Below, piece by piece: positions 8,734 to 18,223 of a stretch of DNA of 32,000 nucleotides. Below the pieces are notes generated by a model, which saw only the letters and a list, made by a program, of their open reading frames with translations, searched no databases and was not told the origin of the DNA. Location: positions 645,622-677,621 of the forward strand of contig CP113000.1 of the NCBI GenBank assembly GCA_026625185.1, read 5' to 3'. Both the position numbers and the translations under genes were made by a program. The stretch comes from Thermodesulfobacteriota bacterium (GTDB lineage: Bacteria > Desulfobacterota > WTBG01 > JAGOGO01). Within the stretch, counting starts at the first letter, position 1. Every line of letters starts with the position of its first letter.

Positions 8734-9205
8734 TTGCCCTACAGTTTTTTTCTCTTGGTCATTCGTAGGCGAAGAGGATATTCTAAAATTTCTAAAAAAA
8801 CATTGGTGCTTGAACTTCTGAATAACCTCGATATCAAGCTTTTCCTTTTCCTCAATGGGTTCCACTCCCTTTTAGGGGATACCATCATCCCTTATTTCAG
8901 CAAAATGGTGGGCTGGTTACCGTTACATTTTCTTACGGGGTATTTAATTTTTCAGAAAATTTAATGGGAAGGAATTCTGGGTTCTTTTGTTTATAGCAGT
9001 GTGCCTAACCCTTACCGACAGGTTATCTTTCCACGCCTTCAAAGAAGTATTTCGCCTGCTACGTTCCGGTTACTATCCTTACATTTCTCACCTGATTCAT
9101 ATGGTGGGTAAAAAAGGGAGGCGACTGTATGGCTTTGTATCCTCATTGCAGCCAAACTTTCTCCAAAAAATACTCATTGACCAACTACCTCCCTCTAAAA
9201 AATAA
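8734..9205 (+). pseudogene. Decayed PAP2-family (acid phosphatase / lipid phosphatase) gene
   Basis: Two ORF pieces in different frames (8734-8964 and 8987-9205) together resemble the PAP2 N-terminal two-thirds: LELLNNLDIKLFLFLNGFHS..., then ...CLTLTDRLSFHAFKEVFRLLRS (KX6R followed by S instead of P), then YGFVSSLQPN where YGFVSSHAAN is expected. The frame switch maps to the A4 run at 8955-8958. The His of motif 2 is lost and the third PAP2 motif is missing. Confidence 0.5.
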
Positions 9206-9497
9206 AAAATCCTGAAGTCTCCGAGTACTCATGACAATTTCTAATGGGGAGCTCGATTGCCCGGGAAAATAAAAAACAAGATACGGGTGGTGGATAATAA
9301 TATTGTGATGCAACTAAAAAAATATTGTATTTTCAAAATAATGGAAAAATTACGAATGGCCTTGCTTGATTTTATTCCAATACCATGAGATTATGATTTA
9401 TTTAAAGTTAAGGCAATAAAGCAAAACAAAACTGCATGCAAACCATAAAACTTTCAAAAACTGACTTTTTTGTTTTTTGCGAAGGAGAATTGAGTTG

Positions 9498-11123
9498 GTG
9501 AAAAAAAAGATGGATTGTGTTTTCCAATGTTATAAAAATTTTCTATCGAAAAGCGTTAATTTTCATATTTTTTGCTTTTACTTAGCAATGGCTTTTATCC
9601 TGGGTTGGTTTTTAATTTTTCCGGGTTCAACATTATCTGCCACTGCCCCCAAAGCAAAAAAAACCTTTAACTTTGAAAATGTCGTTGCCAAAGCTCGTGA
9701 TCTTGCCCGCCAGTCATTTCAACTCTCTAAGGAAGAAGTCCCGGAGTTTCTCTTAAAAATCAATTACAGCGCCTGGCGAGACATCCGGTTTAAACCGGAA
9801 AAAGCTCTTTGGGTAAATGAGAAACTTCCCTTTACCGCTCAGTTCTTTCATCCTGGTTTTTATTACAACCGGCTTGTTGCCATTAATCTTGTTGAACATT
9901 CAGAAGTAAAGCGGGTTCCGTTTTCTCCCGCTTTGTTTGACTATGGTAAAAACGATTTTCAAGATAAGGTTCCTCCTCACCTGGGGTTTGCGGGGTTTCG
10001 TTTACATTACCCGATCAATACTAAAACCTATTATGATGAAGTTGTAGTATTCCTTGGTGCCAGCTATTTTCGCGCCGTTGCTCAAAACCAGAATTATGGT
10101 CTGTCCGCCCGAGGTCTTGCGATCAACACTGCTCTGCCTAACGGAGAGGAATTCCCTTACTTTAAAGAATTCTGGCTCGTAAAACCGTCTTCTGGCGCTA
10201 AGCAAATGACGGTCTTTGCATTGCTTGACAGTCCAAGCTTAACCGGGGCATATACTTTTATTATCGTTCCTGGGAAAGAGACCTCTATCCAAGTAAAAAA
10301 CACCCTGTTTATGCGACAAAAAGTAGAAAAGCTCGGCATCGCCCCGTTAACCAGCATGTTTTTTTACGGAGAAAACACCAGCATGAGGCCGGCTGATGAT
10401 TTTCGTCCTGAAGTTCATGATTCCGATGGATTGATGATCGCTTTACGCTCCGGTGAATGGCTCTGGCGCCCTTTAAAAAACCCCCAAACCCTTCTTATAA
10501 ATTCCTTTATGGATACCAACCCAATTGGCTTTGGGCTGATACAACGCGATCTTGACTTTGACCACTATCAAGACCTTGAAGCACACTATGAAAAGCGGCC
10601 CAGCGTCTGGGTCACCCCAATCGGTTCATGGGGTGACGGCCATATCGAACTCATCCAAATCCCGATGGACAATGAATGGAATAACAATATTATTGCTTCT
10701 TGGGTTCCCTCGGTTCAAACAGAACCAGGCCGGAAGCTTTCTTTTGCTTATACGATAAATTGGCATTTCTCCGGAGGTACCCGTCCGCCGGATGGTCGAG
10801 TCATTGCAACCCGAACCGCACGAGGGAAAGATGATCTTACGAAGAAATTTATTATTGATTTTGCAGGGGGAAAGCTGGAGTCGCTTTTTCCAAAGAAGAA
10901 ACTCGATGCGGTGATTACCGTAGATCCGAGAGCGATGCTGGTGGAACACCAGCTAATAAAAAACGAAATTACCAAGGGATGGCGGTTAGTGTTTCAGGTC
11001 CGTTTCGAAGAAGAAGGCTTGATGGAACGAATCCTCACGGGGAAGAAACCCGCGCTTGAGCTTCGAGCCTTCTTAAAAGATGGTGATGAAGTCCTTACCG
11101 AAACGTGGAGTTATGCCTATTAG
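9498..11123 (+). CDS. opgG: Periplasmic glucan biosynthesis protein, OpgG/OpgD (MdoG) family
   Basis: About 540 aa. It has a hydrophobic signal-like segment (AMAFILGWFLIFPGSTLSA) and family-typical blocks (FFHPGFYY, FAGFRLHYPIN, VFLGASYFRA, EEFPYFKEFWL, DSDGL). An opgH gene lies downstream. The start is somewhere in 9477-9510; GAAGGAG at 9481-9487 favours TTG 9495 or GTG 9498. Confidence 0.85.
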   Translation: MKKKMDCVFQCYKNFLSKSVNFHIFCFYLAMAFILGWFLIFPGSTLSATAPKAKKTFNFENVVAKARDLARQSFQLSKEEVPEFLLKINYSAWRDIRFKPEKALWVNEKLPFTAQFFHPGFYYNRLVAINLVEHSEVKRVPFSPALFDYGKNDFQDKVPPHLGFAGFRLHYPINTKTYYDEVVVFLGASYFRAVAQNQNYGLSARGLAINTALPNGEEFPYFKEFWLVKPSSGAKQMTVFALLDSPSLTGAYTFIIVPGKETSIQVKNTLFMRQKVEKLGIAPLTSMFFYGENTSMRPADDFRPEVHDSDGLMIALRSGEWLWRPLKNPQTLLINSFMDTNPIGFGLIQRDLDFDHYQDLEAHYEKRPSVWVTPIGSWGDGHIELIQIPMDNEWNNNIIASWVPSVQTEPGRKLSFAYTINWHFSGGTRPPDGRVIATRTARGKDDLTKKFIIDFAGGKLESLFPKKKLDAVITVDPRAMLVEHQLIKNEITKGWRLVFQVRFEEEGLMERILTGKKPALELRAFLKDGDEVLTETWSYAY

Positions 11124-11155
11124 GCATAAAACAACCAATAGCAGCAGGTCACAAA

Positions 11156-11665
11156 ATGTCTCTCCTCGATAGTTTTGGTACCGACAACCCCACCGATCAG
11201 TGCGAGCGGAAACCCGACTTAGTTCCCCCGTACCGGCAAGAGGCTTTTCACCGAGTTTTTCTTTATCTTCAAACGCTCAATGTTCCGGAAGAAAAAGCCC
11301 GGGAACTCGCTCGCGAAGCACTACAGATTGCCGGCAACAACCAAAAAGATACCGCCGGAAGCCCCTTCATCACTGAAGCCATGCGGGCTCTCCGCGAGCT
11401 TTTAGTTGAACAACTTCCCCTCTTAAGGAAAGAATCCTTCAGCCTAAAAAGTGTTTCCCTTTATGAAAATCTGAGCGGGATTAGCTCCATGCCGCCACTT
11501 AACCGGGGCTTTATGTCACCGGATGCGATGGATTTAATTCCCTGGCGCACTTTTCTTGTACGCTCCTTAAAAAGAGCTGCTGCCATTGTTTCCCGGCCGT
11601 TAATTTTTTTTATTTTTTTTATTTTTCTTCTAATTTTTTTCGTTTATCTCACCCTTTGGAGATAA
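11156..11665 (+). CDS. Hypothetical tail-anchored protein between opgG and opgH
   Basis: 169 aa from the ATG at 11156. The N-terminal ~145 aa are soluble and helical-looking. A single C-terminal Phe/Ile-rich hydrophobic segment (PLIFFIFFIFLLIFFVYLTLW) is encoded by the T-rich run at about 11594-11650. No family recognised. It fits tightly between the two opg genes on the same strand. Confidence 0.55.
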   Translation: MSLLDSFGTDNPTDQCERKPDLVPPYRQEAFHRVFLYLQTLNVPEEKARELAREALQIAGNNQKDTAGSPFITEAMRALRELLVEQLPLLRKESFSLKSVSLYENLSGISSMPPLNRGFMSPDAMDLIPWRTFLVRSLKRAAAIVSRPLIFFIFFIFLLIFFVYLTLWR

Positions 11666-11690
11666 TCAAATAATCTAATAGAGAAGACTA

Positions 11691-13802
11691 ATGAATCACC
11701 CATTTACCAATGCTGCCTGGAAAAAGACTTCACGAATACGACGCATCATCTTGATAATCATTATCCTTACTACCACTGTCGTTGCCTGTTTGTTTATGTC
11801 TAATATTCTGCCCCATAAAGGCTCTACCGGGCTGGAGGTTGCTATGGTCCTGGTTTTTGGGGCCTTGTTTGCCTGGATATCAATAGGGTTCTGGATGGCA
11901 ACAGCAGGTTTTGCGACTTTGATGCGTAAGTATGATCGTTTTGCCATTACCTCTACCTGCTTAGAGAACCATCGCCGGGGGGAACTCTCCGGCCGCACGG
12001 CTATCCTGATCCCAATTTGTAATGAAGACGTTGAACGGGTATTTACCCGTCTGAAGATTACCTATCAGTCCCTTGAAGCAACCGGGAAACTCCAACATTT
12101 TGATTTCTTTATCCTCAGCGATTCGACCGATCCTGATTCCTGGGTTGAAGAAGAAGCTGCCTGGGCTGAAGTAAATCAAACGCTGGGAGCGGCTAACCGG
12201 ATTTTTTACCGGCACCGAAGGGTTAACATCAAATATAAAAGCGGCAATATTGCCGATTTTTGCCGGCGTTGGGGCAAAAACTATCATTATATGATTGTGT
12301 TTGATGCGGATAGCTTGATGACCGGCTCCACCTTGATCCGAATGGTTCAGGTGATGGAACAAAATCAAAGCGTTGGTATCCTCCAGACCGCCCCGCTCGG
12401 GTTTAACCGAGAAAGCGTCCTTGCTCGGGTTCAGCAATTTTCTAATCATGTTTACGGGCCGATCTTTGGAGCAGGTTTGAATTTTATCCAGCTGGGAGAC
12501 TCTCACTTCTGGGGACACAATGCCATTATTCGGGTTGCTCCTTTCATGAAACATTGCTCTCTTCCTCGTCTTTCCGGCAAACCCCCTCTCGGAGGAAATA
12601 TTCTCAGTCATGATTTTGTAGAAGCAGCATTGATGCGCCGGGCTGGATGGGAGGTATGGTTAGCCTATGACCTTGAAGGCAGTTATGAAGAAATGCCCCC
12701 TACCTTACTGGAAGAATTAAAACGCGACCGTCGCTGGTGTCAGGGGAATATTCAGCATATGCGTCTGCTTTTCTCCAAAGGCTTGTTCCCCGCCCACCGA
12801 GTCCTTTTCCTTCACGGCGCCATGGCTTATGTATCCGCGCTTCTTTGGTTTTTGTTTTTGAGCTTAAGCACTGCCGAAGCCATTTTGGAAGTTGTTCGAG
12901 TGCCCGACTATTTCCCCGTCATGCGTAGTCTTTTCCCCACATGGCCGGTTTGGCATCCGCAGTGGGCCTTAACCCTCTTAGCGTCAACCGGAATAATTTT
13001 ATTTTTGCCGAAATTTTTAAGCTTGCTTTTAATAATTTTCCGACAAAAACGATCCCGAGAATTCGGGGGAGTAATAAAACTGTTCTTGAGTGTTATGGCA
13101 GAAATAGTTTTTTCTTTTCTGTTTGCGCCGATCAGGATGCTTTTCCACAGCAAATTCGTTTTTATAACCCTGATGGGGCGTCAAGTCGGCTGGACATCCC
13201 AGCAACGAAGTGAACACGAGACATCCTGGCGCGAGGCGATCCGCTTTCATGGACTAGGAATGGCTTTAGGATGTATCTGGGGAACAGTCCTTTTTTTTAT
13301 GAATCGGTCTTTTTTCTGGTGGAATACACCTATTATTGTTCCGCTTATTCTCTCGATTCCGCTTTCGGTATTGTCCAGCAGCACCCGTTTGGGAAAATTT
13401 TTTCAAAACCTGGGGCTCTTTCTCATACCAGAGGAAATTAATCCTCCTCGGGAACTCCAACTTCTGCAAACGACGATTCAAAACCAAAAAACTTTTTTTG
13501 CACCCATTCCAATTCCCCTCAAGGAAGGTTTTACCAGGGCGGTAGTGGATCCTAAAGTAAACGCTTTACACCGATCATTGCTCGAGGGAAAAAGAAAACT
13601 CATGCCTTCCATAATAAAGCGTCGCCAAGAATTCCTGGAAAAAGCGCTCACCCAGGGGCCTAAGACCTTAAGCCCCAAAGAAAAAAAAGAACTTTTGCTC
13701 GATCCTCAGTGCCTTCTCCAACTTCACGAGCGTTTATGGGAAACCCTTGACCACATGATCGCGCAAAAGTGGGGGTTTCCACCAGAGAGGAATTCTCTTT
13801 AG
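11691..13802 (+). CDS. opgH: Glucans biosynthesis glucosyltransferase H (GT2, OpgH/MdoH)
   Basis: 703 aa. N-terminal TM helices, then a GT2 core (AILIPICNED, FILSDSTD, VFDADS, HNAIIR, DFVEAALMRRAGW, RDRRWCQGN), then C-terminal TM helices. Confidence 0.9.
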   Translation: MNHPFTNAAWKKTSRIRRIILIIIILTTTVVACLFMSNILPHKGSTGLEVAMVLVFGALFAWISIGFWMATAGFATLMRKYDRFAITSTCLENHRRGELSGRTAILIPICNEDVERVFTRLKITYQSLEATGKLQHFDFFILSDSTDPDSWVEEEAAWAEVNQTLGAANRIFYRHRRVNIKYKSGNIADFCRRWGKNYHYMIVFDADSLMTGSTLIRMVQVMEQNQSVGILQTAPLGFNRESVLARVQQFSNHVYGPIFGAGLNFIQLGDSHFWGHNAIIRVAPFMKHCSLPRLSGKPPLGGNILSHDFVEAALMRRAGWEVWLAYDLEGSYEEMPPTLLEELKRDRRWCQGNIQHMRLLFSKGLFPAHRVLFLHGAMAYVSALLWFLFLSLSTAEAILEVVRVPDYFPVMRSLFPTWPVWHPQWALTLLASTGIILFLPKFLSLLLIIFRQKRSREFGGVIKLFLSVMAEIVFSFLFAPIRMLFHSKFVFITLMGRQVGWTSQQRSEHETSWREAIRFHGLGMALGCIWGTVLFFMNRSFFWWNTPIIVPLILSIPLSVLSSSTRLGKFFQNLGLFLIPEEINPPRELQLLQTTIQNQKTFFAPIPIPLKEGFTRAVVDPKVNALHRSLLEGKRKLMPSIIKRRQEFLEKALTQGPKTLSPKEKKELLLDPQCLLQLHERLWETLDHMIAQKWGFPPERNSL

Positions 13803-13923
13803 CTTTAATTTGGCTTAAGGGTTTATTATATTTTTTCTTGCAAAATTATTTTTTTTTTGCTAAAAGCAATGCTTTCTTTAACTCATTATAAATTTTAACC
13901 TTTGGGAAATATGGAGAGTCGCA

Positions 13924-15159
13924 ATGAGCATCAAAACGATAATCGATAAAATTAGTTCAACCACGGTGCCGAAAGTTAAAAAAGTAGCCTTGGCGTATTC
14001 CGGGGGTTTGGATTCTTCTCTGGCGGTAGCTTTGCTCCGGTTGGTATATAAAGCCAAAGAAATTGTTCCCATAACCCTCGATATTGGACAGGGAGAGGAA
14101 GAAATCATAGAAGGCAATAAGAAAGCCAAAGTTCTTGGTATCGAGCCGATTATGGTGAATATGAAAAAAGAATTTACGCACACGTGGCTTACCCGCGCCA
14201 TCCATGCCAACTCCGACTATTTAGGTTATCCGGTTTCAACCTCCATGACCAGGCAGATTATCGCCAAGAAGGTGGCGGAGATGGCAGTAGAAATGGGATG
14301 TGACGCCATTGCCGAAGGGTCAACGGGCAAAGGAAATGACCAATATCGAATGCATAATGTTTTCAAGACGTTTGCACCTACCCTCACCATCTTAGTGCCG
14401 GTGCGTGATTTTGATCTTACCCGCGTGGAAGAGGAAGAGCTTTGCCGCCACTGGGGTGTTCCCGTTACTGAGACGATTCGGGGAGGGGATGATAAAACCA
14501 TGTGGTGCCGATCAATTGCCAGCGGAGCGATTGGCCTTAACCAAGCGCTGGCGGATGATCTGTGGATGTGGTATTGTCCCCCGGAAAAAGCGTCGGAGAA
14601 ACCGGAGATAATTTCACTTGAGTTTAAAGAAGGGGTACCGGTTGCGATGAATGGGAAAAAGAAAAACCTGGCTCAGATAATCTTTGATCTTAATAAAATC
14701 GGAGGCCGGAATGCGATCGGGAAAATAGATATGTTTGAGGACGGCATTATGGATCTTAAGAGCCGAGAAATTTACGAAGCCCCGGCCGCTACGATTATTT
14801 TGAAGCTTCATCGTGACTTAGAACAGTTCTGCTTAACTAAGGATGAGATCCAGTTTAAAAAAATGGTGGAACAGAAATGGGCCTATCTTATTTATCATGG
14901 CATGGCGTATCATCCTTTACGAGCTGCGCTGGATGCTTTTTTGAAGACTACCCAAAAGGTAGTAAGTGGAAAATATCAGGTGAAACTATACAAAGGGAAT
15001 ATCGATATCCTCAGCCGCGAATCAGCCACCAGTCTTTTTGCGCCGGAAGTAAGGTCAATCGAAAGCAGGAGTTTTAATCAGAAAATGTGTGCTGATGCCG
15101 CTCACATAAAAGGGCTTCCTTTTGAAATTCTGGGTAAACGGGGGATCATCCCGTCTTAA
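13924..15159 (+). CDS. Argininosuccinate synthase-like PP-loop enzyme (diverged, archaeal-type layout)
   Basis: 411 aa. It has the PP-loop VALAYSGGLDSS, the GSTGKGNDQYR motif, DLTRVEEEE and DLKSREIYEAP. As I recall the canonical motifs, several citrulline/aspartate-pocket positions differ here (see findings). Confidence 0.75.
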   Translation: MSIKTIIDKISSTTVPKVKKVALAYSGGLDSSLAVALLRLVYKAKEIVPITLDIGQGEEEIIEGNKKAKVLGIEPIMVNMKKEFTHTWLTRAIHANSDYLGYPVSTSMTRQIIAKKVAEMAVEMGCDAIAEGSTGKGNDQYRMHNVFKTFAPTLTILVPVRDFDLTRVEEEELCRHWGVPVTETIRGGDDKTMWCRSIASGAIGLNQALADDLWMWYCPPEKASEKPEIISLEFKEGVPVAMNGKKKNLAQIIFDLNKIGGRNAIGKIDMFEDGIMDLKSREIYEAPAATIILKLHRDLEQFCLTKDEIQFKKMVEQKWAYLIYHGMAYHPLRAALDAFLKTTQKVVSGKYQVKLYKGNIDILSRESATSLFAPEVRSIESRSFNQKMCADAAHIKGLPFEILGKRGIIPS

Positions 15160-15262
15160 AAAAGTTTCGCGTTGAGATGTGTCAGGGACACCCGAAACCG
15201 TAAATTCGAACCTGAGGAGTTGTTTTTCCCTTATTCACTAAACATTCTTTAGGGGGAAATCC

Positions 15263-16780
15263 ATGAAGGTTGAACGACTCTGGGGATCAAGGCTGCAAGA
15301 AGCGCCCGATAAAGAATTTATTAAATTTATTTCCGGCCGAGACATTCAAGGATTACCTCCCTGCGATGAATTGCTTCTCCCCTTTGATATCTGGGGCAAT
15401 CGGGTTCATACGATCATGCTCTGGAAACAGGGGATTATTTCTCAAAGCGACGCTCACTTAATCGTTGCGGGTCTTAAGGAAATTAAAAGCTTATATGAAC
15501 AGGACAAGTTTCCTTTAGACCCATCAAAAGAAGATGTCCACACCAACATTGAAAGCTTTCTGATCGAAAAATATGGAATTGCCGTAGGGGGTAAGCTTCA
15601 TACTGCTCGAAGCCGCAATGATCAGGTTACGCTGGATATGACTCTATTCTTGCGTGAAAAAAACCTCGATTTTCTGAAACGGATCCTTCTTCTCGAAGAT
15701 ACTATCATAAACTTGTCAAGGACTCACGCCGAAACCATCATCCCGGGATATACCCACCACCAGCATGCCATGGTAACCACCTTTGGTCATCTTATCTTCG
15801 CTTACGGAGAATCATTTTTCCGGGACCTCGTGCGGCTTAAACACTGGCATACTCTTTTTAATGCTAATCCCCTGGGAGGCGCTGCTTCCTATGGAACCAG
15901 TTTTCCAATCGATCGGGAACTCACTTCCCGGTTGTTAGGATTTGACCGACCATCATTAAGCTCCCTTGACCTCATAACCAACCGATGGGAAGCCGAAACT
16001 GAGTTGGCGTATGCGATCTCAACGGTTATGAATCATTTAAGCAGTCTGGCTCAGACGCTCATTTTATTTACTACCACAGAATTCGGCTTTGTTACTTTAA
16101 GCGATCGATACTGCGGAGGGAGTTCCATCATGCCGCAGAAACGAAACCCGAGCGCTTTAGAAGTAAGTAAGGCCAAAGCTGCGGTCGCACAGGGACTGCT
16201 CAGTAGCCTCCTCTCGTTGAGCCGAGGATTCTTCGTAGGATACAACCGGGATTCTCAATGGACAAAATATATTATTATGGATTTAATCTATGAATGTGCA
16301 GAAGCGCCTACAATCATGGCTTCAGTGCTTAACACCCTTAAAATCAACCAAGAGAGGGCAAGGGAACTTTGTCTCCTGGGCTTTATTACTGCCACGGATT
16401 TGATGGAAGCCCTGGCCCAGGATTTTTCTATTCCTTTACGGCAAGCAAAAATGGTCATTGAAAGAGCGGTAAAATATTCCGAATCGCAGAACGTTGAAAC
16501 TGTATCGTGGGAAGGATTAATGAGAGCCCTGAAAGAACTGGATGTTACTGTGAATATTTCTCCGGATTTTGTAAAGGGACAGCAGGAACCGGAAACAGTA
16601 GTTCGTCGTCGAAAAGCGATTGGGGGGCCTGCTCCTGAAGTCTTGTTGCGCGCCATTGATACCCTTAGCTCCCAGATACAGGACGTTAAAGTATGGCTTG
16701 CGGAAAAAGAAAACCAGCTTCAATCATCCTACCAAAAGCTGGAGGGACTTGAAAAGAATTTATTAAACCTTACGCCATGA
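15263..16780 (+). CDS. Argininosuccinate lyase-like fumarate-lyase superfamily enzyme (diverged)
   Basis: 505 aa. LWGSRL N-terminus, HTARSRNDQV, and the signature loop GGSSIMPQKRNP. Some ASL-typical blocks differ: GYTHHQHAMV appears where I recall GYTHLQRAQP, and YNRDSQWTKY where I recall YNxDLQEDKE. There is an extra C-terminal tail of about 45 aa that looks coiled-coil. Confidence 0.75.
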   Translation: MKVERLWGSRLQEAPDKEFIKFISGRDIQGLPPCDELLLPFDIWGNRVHTIMLWKQGIISQSDAHLIVAGLKEIKSLYEQDKFPLDPSKEDVHTNIESFLIEKYGIAVGGKLHTARSRNDQVTLDMTLFLREKNLDFLKRILLLEDTIINLSRTHAETIIPGYTHHQHAMVTTFGHLIFAYGESFFRDLVRLKHWHTLFNANPLGGAASYGTSFPIDRELTSRLLGFDRPSLSSLDLITNRWEAETELAYAISTVMNHLSSLAQTLILFTTTEFGFVTLSDRYCGGSSIMPQKRNPSALEVSKAKAAVAQGLLSSLLSLSRGFFVGYNRDSQWTKYIIMDLIYECAEAPTIMASVLNTLKINQERARELCLLGFITATDLMEALAQDFSIPLRQAKMVIERAVKYSESQNVETVSWEGLMRALKELDVTVNISPDFVKGQQEPETVVRRRKAIGGPAPEVLLRAIDTLSSQIQDVKVWLAEKENQLQSSYQKLEGLEKNLLNLTP

Positions 16781-18135
16781 GTACCACCCCCCGGCGGATT
16801 GCTCTCTCGATACTCAACGCTGTTGATAAAGGAGGAGTCCACGCTGATCAATTTCTGGGTAAAGGTTTTAAAAACCAACCCGAATTAACCTCACGAGAAA
16901 AAGCTTTTATTACTGAGCTGGTCTATGGTGTCCTGAGATGGCGTGATAGCCTTGACTGGGTGATAAGTACTTTTTCCGCGCAACCCCACCGACCGACCAG
17001 CCGGCTTCTACATAACCTCCTCCGGCTCGGAATCTATCAAGTGCTTTACTTAACCAACATTCCGGTTCCTATATCGGTTTCGGAAACCGTCGAAGCAGCA
17101 AAAGAAATATTCAACGAGAAAATCGCGAAACTGGTCAATGGAGTTCTCCGAACCGTTGAGCGCAACCGCGATGCACTCCCCTACCCTTCTTTTCACGATG
17201 ATCCGCTCAAAGCGATTGCGATCCGCTATTCGCATCCCTTATGGTTAGTAGAAAAATGGGTAAAACACTATGGGGTGGAAACAACCCTCTCCCTTTGTAA
17301 AGCTAATAATACTTCTCCGCCTCTCATTATTCGCACCAATACCTTAAAAACAACCAGAGAAAAGCTGATTGAGAGCCTTCATAAAGAAGGCTTGTCGTGT
17401 GAACCAACCGCCTATTCTCTCGAGGGCATACTCGTTCATCACCCGGCTGATATTACCCGCCTTTCCTCTTTCCAAAAAGGATGGTTTCTGGTGCAGGATG
17501 AGGCTGCCCAATTAATTTCCTATTTAGTTAATCCAAAACCAGAGGAATATCTTTTAGACCTCTGTGCCGCGCCCGGAGGAAAAACTACTCACCTGGCTCA
17601 ATTAATGCATAATGAGGGGCATATAATCGCAATAGATATCCGACAAGATAACACTCGTCTTCTCAAAGAAAACCAATGCCGCCTCGGAATAGGTATTATT
17701 GATCCGTTTTTAGCAGATGCTACTCGGCCGCTTCCCTTGAAAGAAACGAGGCGCTTTGATAAGGTCCTCCTGGACCTACCCTGCTCCGGCCTGGGAATCT
17801 TAAGACGCCATCCGGATGGAAAATGGAGAAAATCGTTGACAACCATCGCAAAACTGAAAAACACCCAATGGAAAATTATCCAAATTGCTTCCCAGTATGT
17901 TAAACTAGGAGGGATAATGGTTTACAGCACCTGCACCCTGAATCCTGAAGAAAACGAAATCATGATCGAACAATTTCTCTCGCGCCCAGGAAATGATTTC
18001 ATGGTTGAGAACCCGCTTGCCGATTTACCTCCCCAATGTAATTCTCTTATCACCTCGCAGGGTTATCTCCAGACGTTTCCCCACCGGGATTTCATGGACG
18101 GTTTTTTTGGCGTGCGGCTTCGGGAAAAGGGCTGA
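16777..18135 (+). CDS. rsmB: 16S rRNA (cytosine967-C5)-methyltransferase RsmB/Sun
   Basis: 452 aa. N-terminal NusB-like domain, SAM site DLCAAPGGKT, and catalytic motifs DKVLLDLPCSG and YSTCTL. The start overlaps the upstream stop (ATGA). Confidence 0.88.
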   Translation: MSTTPRRIALSILNAVDKGGVHADQFLGKGFKNQPELTSREKAFITELVYGVLRWRDSLDWVISTFSAQPHRPTSRLLHNLLRLGIYQVLYLTNIPVPISVSETVEAAKEIFNEKIAKLVNGVLRTVERNRDALPYPSFHDDPLKAIAIRYSHPLWLVEKWVKHYGVETTLSLCKANNTSPPLIIRTNTLKTTREKLIESLHKEGLSCEPTAYSLEGILVHHPADITRLSSFQKGWFLVQDEAAQLISYLVNPKPEEYLLDLCAAPGGKTTHLAQLMHNEGHIIAIDIRQDNTRLLKENQCRLGIGIIDPFLADATRPLPLKETRRFDKVLLDLPCSGLGILRRHPDGKWRKSLTTIAKLKNTQWKIIQIASQYVKLGGIMVYSTCTLNPEENEIMIEQFLSRPGNDFMVENPLADLPPQCNSLITSQGYLQTFPHRDFMDGFFGVRLREKG

Positions 18136-18223
18136 TTTATTTCGGCGGGTAATCTTCTCGATGTATTTTGTGAAATCCAAGTCAATAGTTTCAAATAGTT
18201 AAGTTGGCGAGGTTGTCAATATT

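Noticed and set aside
11961-12611. A 216-aa minus-strand ORF inside opgH; the same class includes 29255..29872 (-) inside the guaA-B-like gene, 23219..23620 (+) inside the thiolase gene and 16288..16656 (-) inside the argH-like gene
   Set aside because: All of these lie antisense to well-supported genes and contain no recognisable motifs. They are typical shadow frames of the G+C-richer genes.
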